Shown here: positions 26,519 to 45,936 of the stretch, in pieces
Layout: the number at the start of each line of letters is the position of its first letter
Position numbering within the stretch: position 1 is the first letter of the stretch
The notes under the pieces: generated by a model
What the model was told of the DNA's origin: nothing
The model's database searches: none
What the model saw: the letters and a program-made list of their open reading frames with translations, nothing else
Translations under genes and position numbers: made by a program
Source of the DNA: Auanema rhodensis
Taxonomy: Eukaryota > Animalia > Nematoda
Direction of reading: 5' to 3'
Assembly (NCBI GenBank): GCA_964057225.1
Contig: OZ059897.1
Span: 13,888,001-13,952,000 of the forward strand
DNA length: 64,000 bases

Positions 26519-27223
26519 TTACACATAGTAAGTTGTAAGCATCTGACTGGAAATCTTTTTCGCAGTGTCGTAGTCAACAACAATCTCAACAAGTTTCAAA
26601 GCAAACTTGAACGCAGTGAAAGGCCCACGGCTTGTAACAACATTACCATCAACAACCACATCATCTTCAACGTAGGTATATCCTAAAAATGGAGAAGTAT
26701 TTGAAAAATAAAACATCTCCGTACCAGATTCCTTGATCTGCGATTGGAAAGGCTCACATGGATAAGTGGTGATTTTGGTAGCACGAATTTTGTGAGCAGC
26801 CAATGCTGTAGGTGAGGCACAAATAGCAGAAACAACTTTGTTAGCTTCCTGGTGAGCTTTCAAGAATGCACCGACAGTTTGATCCTGTATATAATTAACA
26901 TGATACGTAATACTCAGAAAAAAATGGATACATTTGAAAAATTGATGGCCCCATCAGCACCTCCGGGAAGGACAACAAGATCGAAAATGGTATCTTTCAC
27001 ATCTTTCAAGAATTTGTCGGCAACCAAGACAGTATTTTGGGAGCAGATGATACGATCACTATCAGCATTAATAGTTGCAGCAACAACCTACAACTCCCAG
27101 AATACAAAGAGAAAATAATATGTTTCATGCCTCGATCCCTCCTCTGCGAAGGATATCAATCACGATCACAGCTTCCATCTCCTCAGTGCCGTGAGCAAGA
27201 AGAACGCAGGCAGTTTTGGTCAT
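26519..27223 (-). CDS. djr-1.1: DJ-1/PARK7 glyoxalase/deglycase
   Basis: MTKTACVLLAHGTEEMEAVIVIDILRRGGI, FDLVVLPGG, catalytic SAICASP, VVVDGNVVTSRGP. Lies next to mrpl-41 and misc-1, as I recall for C. elegans B0432.2-.4. Confidence 0.92.
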
Positions 27224-27410
27224 GATTCTGAAGAATGCGTTTAGTAATAAATAAAAATTGTACTCAATAAACATCAAACGGTCAGATATATAATGAGGCA
27301 ATAGACCAGATAAAAAAAAAAAAAAAAGAGTAGATCGTTAAATATTTACAACAGATAACAACAGCGATCAACAAACTATGGTCCTAAGAAATTTTTGTTT
27401 GTATATTCTA

Positions 27411-28272
27411 TCAATTTTCTTGAGATTTCTCCAGTGATTTTTTGTTCTCGTTTGCTCCAGAACCAGTAACAGTTCCATACTTGCCTTCCTTATAAGCAGA
27501 TCGAACTTGTTCTCCATAATGGAGTTCAAATAGGGTGTGAGCAGTCATCTTTGGAGGGGGCCATCTCTCATCTTCTAGTGTATATAAATCAGCTAAAGCT
27601 TCAGATCCCTTTTCTCTAACCTAAACTATTCAAACAATAAGTAAAAACACATTTAAACTAGCTTTAGCTTCGTAGGCAGCCCGCCTTTTTTCAATTTCAA
27701 CATCAGTTCGGTACGAAACGTATGGGAAAAGCCTATAATAGTGTAATAGATATTATTTTAACTTTAGACGAGAGAATAGGATCAATAGCATGAACAGACT
27801 ACATATTTACAAAACTACTGAATTCAATAATATAACCACCAACGAAATAAAAAGATCACGTACTTGAAACCTTCTAAATCAGGAACTACTAATTCTGCTT
27901 TCATTTCGGGTACGGAGACAAATTTTCCTGTTTGTGGATCTATATAACCTTCCTCTTGTACTCCAGTATATCTATAAATTCAAAATGCACACATGTTCTA
28001 TTATTATCCAAACCTATGCAATTCAGTAGGGTTTTCTTTGTGCCATTTGGGTGATAATTCGGGAAACTCTCTATTAGGGCCTGGCCATTTATTTTTCTCA
28101 TACACCATAGGTCCAATTTTTCTTTGACCAAAGGCTCCTAAATATGACAAATATTTCATTGGTTGGATGAACCTAGGAAACCTTTCTTAACAAATGGCCA
28201 AGGAGCCCGGAAGTTAATAGGATGGAGAGATCTTACCCCACGGGATGACACATAGATGGCTAACGAGCTCAT
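27411..28272 (-). CDS. mrpl-41: Mitochondrial ribosomal protein L41 (mL41)
   Basis: Mitochondrial-targeting-like MSSLAIYVSSRGVRSL, GKFVSVPEMKAELVVPDLEGF, LFPYVSYRTD, RWPPPKMTAHTLFELHYG. TGA at 27413-27411. Confidence 0.88.
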
Positions 28273-28507
28273 CTGTAGAACAAGATAATAAAAAAAATGA
28301 AAATCTAATGATGTACCGTAATGGAAAAAAAACCTTCACAGAAAAAAAACAAATATTTAAAACATTTATTAATAATTAATTATGACTAGCTCTATACATT
28401 TTTTACGATTCTTTCGTATATACCTGAAATGCTTGGAATACTAACGGGACAAATTCATGGAATTATATTTGGGATGCTAATGCTAGTAATAAATAGGTTT
28501 CAATAAA

Positions 28508-29787
28508 TTACAACCCTCCTTTTGAATCGACTCCTAATATGTGTTTGTAGTAAGCACCATTCATCTGTTCGAGGATGATAAAAGTGATTACAGTATGAGG
28601 GCCGATACGAAGATAATAAGGAGTGAATCCTTTCCAAAGAGCAAGCACTCCTTCATGGCGAACAACCTATTATAAACCGATTTCAATAAGAAAACACATA
28701 GTAAAAACTACCTTAGCCCAAACATCTAAAGCATTTTTGTATTCAGGTTTTCCATCAACTATTTTCATTGATTGGATTCTGAAAGAAATATTGATAAACA
28801 GTATTACACTAAAATGTAATGATTGAAACTTGCCTTGTTTTAGCGATATCAACCGGCATTGATGCAACTGTAGTGGCAAATCCAGAAATCATAGACGCAA
28901 CAAAGTGACACGGAATACCTAAATTTACAACTAAACTCCCGTATTTATTTTATTTTTTACCGTCATTTACCAATTTATAGTCAAGTAAAGATTGCTTGGC
29001 TTGAGAATAAGTAGCCAGTTGTGCTGCATTAACAACCATGGCTCTCATAACAGTAGGAGCACATCCCTTTAAAATTCAATTATTGTACATTCACTAGAAC
29101 TATTTCACACCCTCCACAAAGATAGAACTCCTTCTTCCTTTACAATTCGTCCCAATGCATCGAAAACGTTTTTGTAATTTCTGCGTTGTTCTGGAGGAAG
29201 ACGCCCATCTCCTAAAAGTGAAGAAAGTATTTTTTAATTAAAGAAGATTAAAGCAAACCTGTCATCCTAATTAACGTAAGTTCTGCGGGAGTTCCAACAA
29301 CAGATCCAATACCGCCAGCTAACATTCCCAAGGAAGCTTTCATTAAAAACGAGGGAGAATGATTCTCGCTGAAGTTGGAACATATATAAATAAATTTAAA
29401 AAGTTTTACCTCGAAAACTGTTCATATAGCCATGTATATGTTCCCAAGCGAGTGGTGGTGTATGTGGCTTGGCGTAAGAGTCCAGCACTCAAACCGTTGT
29501 AAATTGCAAGAGGACCCTCATTTCGAATAATTGAAGTGATTGCATGGAAACTTGAACGATACTCTGCCTTTCCTAAAGAGTGACATACTATTAAAATCAA
29601 ACCGAATGCTTTGTACCAGTGGTTCCAGCAAGTTGCATTCGATTTTTCACAAGATCAAGAGGCTGTACAAAAAGGGTTGCACCCATTCTGTAACAGAAAC
29701 TAAAATTATGAAATAAAGTCAAAAATCAAACCCAGCCAATCCTCCGAAAGCATACTTAACCGAATTAGGAATATGTTTCTCGGACAT
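28508..29787 (-). CDS. misc-1: Mitochondrial 2-oxoglutarate/malate carrier (SLC25A11)
   Basis: MSEKHIPNSVKYAFGGLAGMGATLFVQPLDLVKNRMQL, GLSAGLLRQATYTTTRLG, GTPAELTLIRMTGDGRLP, SMPVDIAK, GFTPYYLRIGPHTVITF; three carrier repeats. Confidence 0.95.
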
Positions 29788-30271
29788 AATAATTCTGAAA
29801 TTTCTCAATAGTGCTACTAGGTATTTCGAAATATAAGTTAAATATAAACGTGGTTAATAGTAGGCATAAATAAAGATCGGTTTCAGAATTATACAGAACG
29901 ACAGAAAAGAGAAAACTCTATTGATGTGGAAACATACGAATGGCGTTGTGACGCGAGCAAGAAAATAGTTACGTATTAAATTAGCAAGGTGGTGGTGGGA
30001 GGGTAGAACGACATCTAATAACAATGAAAGAATGAAACTTTATTGCAAACAAACGTTCTGAAAGAATACAAAACCTGTTTTGGATTTAAAATGAGAACAA
30101 GTTGACCGATGGAACTTTTTGAAAATTAGATCAAAATGTTCTTACTTCTAAGAAAATTGTTATCTCCTTATCAATGAACTGCCGATGTGAACTGATGATA
30201 ATTGTACAAGACAGTCAGTTATGCCTGATATATTTATGAGCTAAACGCAACTGAACTCTGTAACTCCCAGA

Positions 30272-37130
<6,859 letters not shown>

Positions 37131-37705
37131 TACATATGACTAGATATAAAACTTTAAAATCAAAACAAAATTAGTATTATGACTGTTCATGATTATTTAT
37201 TTTTTCTTAATATGTATTCAATCAGTTATATTTATCTATTCCTTGTTTTGTATTCTCAAAAAGTTTTATTTGTATAATAATGGCTATCAATTTTTCATCA
37301 TTTGTTTATATCTACATAACATACTTAATATATAATATACTATAATGTATTTCATCTTATTATTAATTCAATAATACATACAATTAATTTTTTTTTCTTT
37401 GTTTATTGTAATTCAAATTATTTTTAGTTAAATACTGAGAAATTTTTAAATTCATTTTTTAATAAATATTGCTTGTCTATCTCTTTTCATCCGATTTTCT
37501 CAATAACTAAACGATCAAGTAAACCGGTAGTATTATTGTTATTTTGATGAAAAATATATGATATAGATACATTAATATCTATATTATCTATTAATTCAAA
37601 TAGATACCAATTCAACAAATTTCATGTTAGCACTCTAGTATTTCAGCAAAATACATATAATTGCTTTCTACCTTTACTATATGTTCTCATCTTCTCTACT
37701 TTCAT

Positions 37706-37757
37706 TCTCTTTCTCTCTCTCTCTCTCTCTTTCTTTCTCCCTCTTTCTCTCTCCCTC

Positions 37758-37808
<51 letters not shown>
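37706..37808. repeat. Imperfect (CT)n microsatellite
   Basis: About 100 nt of CT repeat with a few interruptions. Confidence 0.92.
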
Positions 37809-37811
<3 letters not shown>

Positions 37812-39541
37812 CAATTCTTCCTTTTTTTCTTTATATATCTCTCTTCATTTCCTTCCTATTTGATTCATTTCATAAGCTATGGACGTGTCGGAAAAGAGAA
37901 TGTCCTCACACCCAATACACACGAATTATCTTGTTTTTAGCCTATATTCATTGGCTCTAACAGCTGTTAGAATTCAAATGAAACCAGTCTCTTCCGTTAA
38001 GTTGCAAGCTGATACTCTGGTCACGCCCAAACATGCATCTAGCTTTTGACTCCTCGTTTCAATGGTTTTTTTAATATTGTGATGAGATCATTGTTCGTGG
38101 TAATTGTTTGTTACTTTTAAAAAGATTATTTCATTTTTTTTTTGAAAATGAAAATTGCAATTATATTTTCTTTCAATGAAACTTGAAACATCCAGTTGTG
38201 TAAATGAGAATTTTCCAATTGTAATTGTATATATTGCCGTATTACATCGTTTAGATCATGTAACTTTAAGGGATGAAAACCATATAGGTTTACCTTTTGT
38301 AATGAGTCAAATCGATCTTCTATGACCACCTAAGGTGTTTCCCAAAACCTCATGTCGCTAACCGCACCCTTTCTAGCATACCTACTACCTGATATGGCCT
38401 CTGACCAGATGTAAATACAACAAATGCAGTCAATAATGTCTTTCTCTCTCGTTCAATTCTATTTCTCCTCTACCCCTTCCTCATTCTCTCTATCCCTCTC
38501 TTCTCTCTTTCTTGTAGCCATATCCCATTTTATCTCTCTCACCACTTGATTCACCTTCTCTACAGACCAGCCGTCAAAAAGTGGTATTATTATACATCCA
38601 TCCTATCATCATCATTTACTTGTTTTCACTTCACTCTTCTTTTTTTATTCTCTTTTAGAGCTTAACAAGCTCAGCATACCTTTGTGTTAAAACCTCTTTT
38701 TTTCCAGTTTGGCTTGTTATACGGCACACGTATGTATTTCGCTTTATTTGTCTTTTTGTTTCTTTTCTTCTAATTATTTCATGTAATCATGCTCACAACC
38801 GTTTCTTGTCCTTACGCTTTTCGTTTCCGGTTTTCAGTTTCCGTCATTTGCTACAGACCAGCCATGCACACATCACTCACCTTACCTATTCATTAGAAGA
38901 GTTTGCTCTGACTCTCCTCAGCACGTAAATACAATTTGTAAGCAAAAATGCCTACTGATTCATTCAAAAACACTCTTAACCTTAACTGCATAGAAGGCGA
39001 CAAAGATTGAAGTTCTATCTGTACTTCTTTTATTCATTGAAATGCCAATATTTTCTTCATTCAATCATTTCAATTGAGATAGAACTTTTATTTTTATGCT
39101 TTACGTTATAAATTATATATTTTTTTTATATTTAAATACACTCTCTTTAGTTATATTCACATTTCTATATATTCATATATTAAATATGTACATATGACTA
39201 ACTTGAAGATTTAAGCTGTCCCCCAAATAACATTTGAATCAAAGATATTTTTCATTTTTAATATATTCATATTTTGATTAAAACGTTTGTGACAACTGAG
39301 AAGCTTGAATAGAATATTTGAGATGATCTTTGAAAGAAAACAATTTCTTTTTATTTCTATTATATTCTTTAATTATTTAACTTCAACTTAATCATTTTTT
39401 TTCTTAAATTTGATACCGGCTTAGGATTTTCTTATGTATTTCTTTCCGAAATTGTCACATAACAAGCTTTGATATATTATTCAGCATTGAGACTTGCTGG
39501 ACGATTCATTGACCAGTTAGTCTCAGCTCGTATTGATTTCG

Positions 39542-39556
39542 CCCCCCCCCCCCCCC
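39542..39556. repeat. C15/G15 homopolymer tract
   Basis: 15 consecutive C residues in very AT-rich sequence. Confidence 0.95.
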
Positions 39557-40819
39557 ATTTCGGGAGCCTTATCCTTTTCACTATCTTTAATTTTATTTTC
39601 TATTTCCTTTTAAAACATTAATATATTACTCACAATCTCATTTTAATTATAGTTTTCTGTTTTTTTCGCTTTAAAAATTAAAAAGTTCTTACTAATACAA
39701 ACGATTTCGGTTTTCATAGTCGATCGAATTTTGAATAGAAATTGCCTCATTAAGCCTTTGTGTTGGTCTATTTCTTTTACCAATTCGCATCTTCATTTCA
39801 TAATTAGAAAATGGTTTCTCTTGATCTTTTCGCCCATTCTCTTCATTTCTTTCATAAAAAAAAACGAAAGCAGCCAGAATCTGTTGAGAGACTTATTTTT
39901 CGTTTGTTAAGCTGATTATTTAAGACATGAGATGTTTTCTTTCTCCAAATGCTTGAAACGTTGTGTTTAGTTTTCGGTTCCAGCTTTCTGTTGTCATTAT
40001 CTCTTTCGTCAGACTTTTTTTTCCGGTATAATGCTTGAACGTTTTATATTCTGCCATGTTTCGCACATTTGGTGCGCATGCAAGAACTCTCTGAACAACA
40101 AGCATGCTGCATATCTTGTCGTGTTTTATCAGAAATCAAATAGATTTTTAAAACCAAATAGTTCTTTCCGTACACGATTTTCGTGAACGCACGCATAAGC
40201 CTCAATGATATAATTCGACAAAGGAAAAATCGGGAAAGGGAAGAGGGAAACATTCGTAGAGCCGTTTGAGCAAAATGTTTTGTGAAAATGTCCTAAACGC
40301 AACTTCTTTTCAACATCTTGGCGTACTCTACTTCATCTTCCCTTCATTTTTCATAAATTTGAAGTACCATTTTCATGATTAAAATAAGTTTTAAAATATT
40401 ATTTTTCTCCGAAAGGTATTATTATACCATCAACTTCTTTTTTTTTCCTTCTACTTCAATTCATAATTGCCAACAGGGGTAATGCCTGAAAACTGGTTGT
40501 TTGTTCAATGCTAACCATCTACAATGCCTCTTCTGTGTCGTCTTCTCAAACTCAACACGGTTCTTCCTAGATTTTTTTTGTAAATAAATATTTCTTTCGA
40601 TGAACATGGTGGCACATCGTTTTCACTTTACTATGTATTCTTTTACTTGATATCTATTTTGTTTAAAAGCTTTTATCGGAAAGAAGTTTTCATCTTCAAA
40701 TATTTGATACCATTCGTCTCTTTTTCATCGTTTTACACACAACTTTTGAACTGTTCGCTTTTTCTGTACTGTCAACGAAATTGACTCTTCTCTCAATATG
40801 AAACATATTTCAGCCAAAA

Positions 40820-43800
40820 ATGGCTACAGAAGATTCTGTAGGCGCCGACTATTTTCAACAATGTAAATATATACACGAAGTTGAACTTGTAAATATGAAA
40901 TTACAAATGAAAATTCTTGAAACTCATTTAGAGGTATTTTTAAATGAAAAGAAACATATTAAACACAAATTTCTTTTATAGACTAAAGATCGTCTTCTTA
41001 GAAATTTAGAAGACATTATTGATGAGCAGGAAACGAGAATTCATAACATGGAGGAATTTATTCAGGGTCAGTTTTTCAAAAAAAAAACTTTTTTCTTTTC
41101 TTTTTTTTTTGGAATGCTTGCATGCTAGTTAAGTATATGTATATACACATATGTTTGCGTATAGTAAAGTCATGCATGCATGATTGAAAACTTCTTAACT
41201 GATACACACTTTTCTTTGAGTTTTGTCTAGATGAAAGCATGTCAAGATGTATGTTTAAGTACACAAGTATTGTTGATTGTGTTTAACAACACTCACTATC
41301 TTTCAGATTGAGTAATCTAATTCTTCTTAAGTTATTATTCTCACATCTAACGACTAATACGAAGATAATATGACAATGAGAAATTATTTTTACTTTTGTT
41401 TGGATTTCATGCTTTGATCTAATTTGATGCTACGATACACCAACAGTCTTGTACATGTAATTTGTATGTACACATCATCTTCATACTACTATTTAACGTA
41501 TTATATATATACATATGTACTTATACATAGTATATATAACATCATAACGACTTTAGAACCTGCTTCCATTTGCTTGGTTTTGTGATTGTGTTTAGTTTTT
41601 GTTTTGTGTTTTCAGGTCGTACTGATAATTATGTCAAACGTTGTCAAATCCTGAAAGGAATTTCAGTTCTTTCACTTGACTTCGGAGCACTGAGTGAAGA
41701 GAACTTCCGACTCAAAACAGCTCTTGCCGCTCTACAGAAGAAGGAGCGTTTGACACAACTGATTGAAACTGACGAGGACTATGAAAGCGATATCACAAAT
41801 GATGAAAAGAAAGCAAAGTAAGAATTAATGTTTTGTATTCAGAATATTAACAGCATTAGATAACGTTAATTGACGTGAGCGTTTACGTGAAATTTCAATT
41901 TTAACTTTTTAATATGATGTGAACGGTTGATATATCATCTAATTATGATTTCTTATTACGAACATAGATTTGTAATTTTCAGTTCTCCATCACCATCTGA
42001 ATTGGAAGAAACAGTTGATGCTAAACCTCAATATCAAGATATGGTACGATCAATGATGTCAGAAGTTCAAACTAAAAAGCTTCAAAGGCTAGCAGAAGAG
42101 TTAAAGCAAGAAAAGGTAAAATATTCCCATTATATGTATTATAAGTAAATATAAATTATTTCTTAGAATGAATTAAAGCAAGTTGCATTGGATACCAAAG
42201 AAGCATTTTCCATTTGTATGACAGAGGTATCTATTTTTCTTTATTTATAATATTTTAATTTAAATAATTTTAGTTAACATTACTGTTAGAGTCTAAAACA
42301 ACAGATTTCTTTCGTGTACTTATACAACGATATAGAGCTGAAATGGAAAAACGTAAACAATTACATAATCAATTGGTTGAGATCAACGGTATGATTTCAA
42401 TATAATTATAATATTTCATATAATTATAATTATAAAATAATTAATTTAATAAATAATTGCAGGAAATATTCGAGTTTTTTATCGTATACGTCCTGTATCT
42501 GATAATATACAAAAAGCCATAGAAATTGATGATATGGATAATGGTGTGGTACATTTTACTCAAGCAAATGGAAAACAGCTTAAAAAATGTGCTGATCGTG
42601 TAATTCCAATGACATATACTCAAGAGCAGGTAAAAAAGCGGTTTTAATCGTATCGGTATTCTATTATTCAGATATTTTCTGAAGTTTCACCTATTATTAC
42701 AAGTTGCATCGACGGATATAATGTCTGCATATTTGCATACGGTCATACTGGAAGTGGAAAAACCTACACTATGGAGGTATTTAGATAACGGATTTTGTGC
42801 TTAAAATAATAAAATTATTTCAAGGGTCCTTCTGAGAATCCGGGAATAAATCAAAGAGCTATTATGCAACTATTTTCCACAGCTAATACATCGCAAGGAG
42901 ATATAGACTATACGATTTCAGTGTCTTTGCTTGAAATTTACAATGACAAAATACGGTATATATCAGAAAACTAGATGAATTAGAAATTAATCACAAACTA
43001 TTTAAGAGATTTGCTAAATACTAATAACAATAACCTTCAACTACGTTTAACAGAAGATGGAAAGCTTTCAATTCCTGGACTTACTTCGATTACTGTTGAA
43101 TCGTTTGAGCATGTTGGTCAAGTTCTTAATGATGGAAAGAAAAATAAAGTAAAAACATATTTTCTTAAAACTTTGCTCTAACACAAACAAACAAAATTTC
43201 TAGTCCGTATCAGCAACTGGTGCAAATGAAGAATCAAGCAGATCTCATGTCATTGTAAGAGTTGTTGTCCAAGGTAGAAATCGAATAACAAATCAAACAA
43301 CTACAGGTTCATTTTCATTAATGTTGTAAGATTAATGAAAATATTATTTAGGACGATTAAATTTGGTTGATTTAGCTGGATCAGAACGTGTTTCACAAAC
43401 AAACGCTACGGGTCAATTACTTAAAGAAGCTATGGCTATAAATAAGTTCGTTTGTTTTTCTAATTCTAGCTTGGATATTGATAACGTTTAAACATATTAT
43501 TTTTTATTATAATCTTTCAGATCACTTTCTGAACTGGGAAATTGTGTATTAGCTTTACGTCAAAATCTGAAGCATATACCGTTTAGGAATTGCCAACTAA
43601 CTAGATTGTTAGAAGACAGTCTTAGTAGGTTTTACTTTTTTTTTTAATTTGTTTTAATTTGTATATTATAAATGTTATGTATATCCTCTTTGTTTTTAGC
43701 GGGTGATAGCAAAACTTTGGTACTTGTTCATTTGTCTCCCGATTCTGTGAATGAAGCTGAAAGTATTAGCAGCATGAATTTTGCTGAAAAAATTGGAAAT

Positions 43801-44003
43801 ATTCAAACAAAGTGAAAAAAATATTAATATATATTAAAAATAAAATATAAATTTAAGATATGGAAGTCTAAAACGTGATTCGATTATCCGAAGAAGTGCA
43901 ACTCACCGGTATTACTTATTATATAATAATATTATAATATAACTTAATTATTTTCAGAAAAACTATAACTTCAGATACATTTACACCTCTGAAAAAAATC
44001 TGA
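40820..44003 (+). CDS. klp-3: Kinesin-14, KIFC3-like
   Basis: TTTCAG just upstream of ATG. N-terminus [40 protein letters not shown] and [18 protein letters not shown] match KLP-3 as recalled. Neck [61 protein letters not shown]. Confidence 0.93.
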
Positions 44004-45261
44004 TTAAATTCGAAAGGGTCATTTATAGCTATTCTTGCTCATTAATTGTTGATTGCAATATATTATATGTAAATTACATTTTATAAATTATTATTTGTTA
44101 TAAATATTTTAAAAACAACAGAAATATAGATGAACTGTCGGAAACTTTTTACACGAATGATTCATGATATCTAAAAATATTTTGAAAGTACATGTCATAA
44201 TGTCTTTTCAGTGGCTATATCTCAAGCTATTATTCCGCAATTTATATAGGAATTCACATCATTTTGAAGTTTTATATTGAAGCTTAGGCTTAGTCTGAGG
44301 TCATAACAAATCATTAAAAATCGTAAAAACAAAATAGTCTCTACCTGAAACAACCTGAACTTTATTTTCAAGTTCTTTTTTTTGAAGTGAAGGTGTAGGG
44401 GGAGGTTATTATGAAAAAATATACAAAAAAAATTATATATGAATACAAGAAATTATTTAGTTCATGCTTTGGTTATTAATTATTTTTAAAAATTAAAATA
44501 AAAAAACTTTTAAACCAAAAGTTCATTATCGATAATCCTAAACATAGTGAAGCTGTATTTCCCTTATATTTACGGAATAACTTGTAAAACTTTGGAAAAG
44601 AATAATTCAAATTGCAATTAAAAGCTACATAGTTTACGATCCACCTTCAAGTTACGGTATTTCTAATAATTTTGTTAATATTTGAAAATAATTATTTGAA
44701 AAATACCTTATTTATAACTTTTTCATTAAAATTACATATTAGAAAGGTATAACTAATATTTAATCTTAAAATTTACTTTCATTTCTTAATGTATTGTACT
44801 GTATGTACTTCTGAAGAATATATGTTACCTCAGGAATAACAAAATATTTGAAACTCAGCCTTATTTAAGAACAAAGTTGAGAACAAGCCTAACAATATCA
44901 CTCAAAACTGATTTCTGGGCATATTGTGTGCAGAGCCAAGGGTCACATATAAGTAGTGTTATGACGCTCAATTAACCTATATATTCAAAAATAAATTGTG
45001 AACTTCTGTATGGCGGGAATATAATATTTTATTATATATCTTCTACATGTTGTGTAATAAAATACACTTCAGTATATGGTGTATACATGCAACATGTTTT
45101 TTAATTTCTTTCTTCATAAATTCTATTGAGTTCGTAGTTTTTAGACTTTGCAGGAACTTTTCAAATGGTATGTTGTGTTTTTGTTGTTTTCTGCCCCTTT
45201 TCTCTCTTCCTAAATATAATAAATTGTTACATAACTATAGTTAAAAAGACATTTTATAGTT

Positions 45262-45633
45262 ATGGTGCTACGACTTTTAACATGGAACATATGCTTTAAG
45301 ATATTCGACCTTTTTGGTTGTTGCCGTCCTAGACCGGCTAGAAACAACGCATCGTCGTTCAATCAAACAACAAGAGTAAGTGTTTTGTTTGTTATTTTCA
45401 AATTTATTCGTTTTATCAAAGATTTTAAATTACAGATTACAGAGATCGCGCAAAAGAACAACACAACCTCGAGATCGAGCAATGAGATGTGGATTCGTCA
45501 TCCGTATCAATATCGGTCTGTGATGGATCTCATCAATCATGTCATTAGCCAAGATGTGATTAGACAAGTAACAGTTGAATATATAACTACTAAGTATACA
45601 TTTACATCTCATAACTTGAAAAGGCTTCTTTGA
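45262..45633 (+). CDS. Small orphan-like protein, about 103 aa, 2 exons (intron 45376-45435)
   Basis: Open 123-codon ORF containing an in-frame 60-nt GTAAGT...TTACAG intron; AATAAA near 45699; no family recognised. Confidence 0.55.
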   Translation: MVLRLLTWNICFKIFDLFGCCRPRPARNNASSFNQTTRVSVLFVIFKFIRFIKDFKLQITEIAQKNNTTSRSSNEMWIRHPYQYRSVMDLINHVISQDVIRQVTVEYITTKYTFTSHNLKRLL

Positions 45634-45936
45634 ATATTGAACACTATTTTGAAAAAAAATTTATCTGTACATGTACAAAAATTTGGTTTTAAACCCGTAA
45701 ATAAAAATATTATAAGGCCTTTTTGTAATTTGCTTATAACAATAGCTCAAAGCTATAAAAAGAAAAGAAGAAACTTACAGATACAAAACTAATGCAAAAT
45801 GATAAACAGATGACACAGAAAGTTCGAAACAACATTGAAAATTAGAAGCAAGCCAGCATAACAAACTTAGATAATATGAAATTTATCCGAATAATAAGAT
45901 TATCCCTGTTTAGAAAAAACTAATTTTATCTTAAAC

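Larger units (their letters stand above)
26519..29800 (-). other. Probable SL2-type operon misc-1 > mrpl-41 > djr-1.1
   Basis: Three co-oriented genes with stop-to-ATG gaps of about 235 and 187 nt. Minus-strand AATAAA at 28370-28365 lies about 90 nt from the CTACAG|ATG acceptor of mrpl-41. Spacers are U-rich. CTTCAG precedes the djr-1.1 ATG and TTTCAG precedes the misc-1 ATG. Confidence 0.75.

Noticed and set aside
37661-37960. ORFs with (SL)n repeats
   Set aside because: Translation of the CT microsatellite
44283-44300. CTTAGG-CTTAGT-CTGAGG, telomere-like (TTAGGC)
   Set aside because: Only about three degenerate units; compatible with chance
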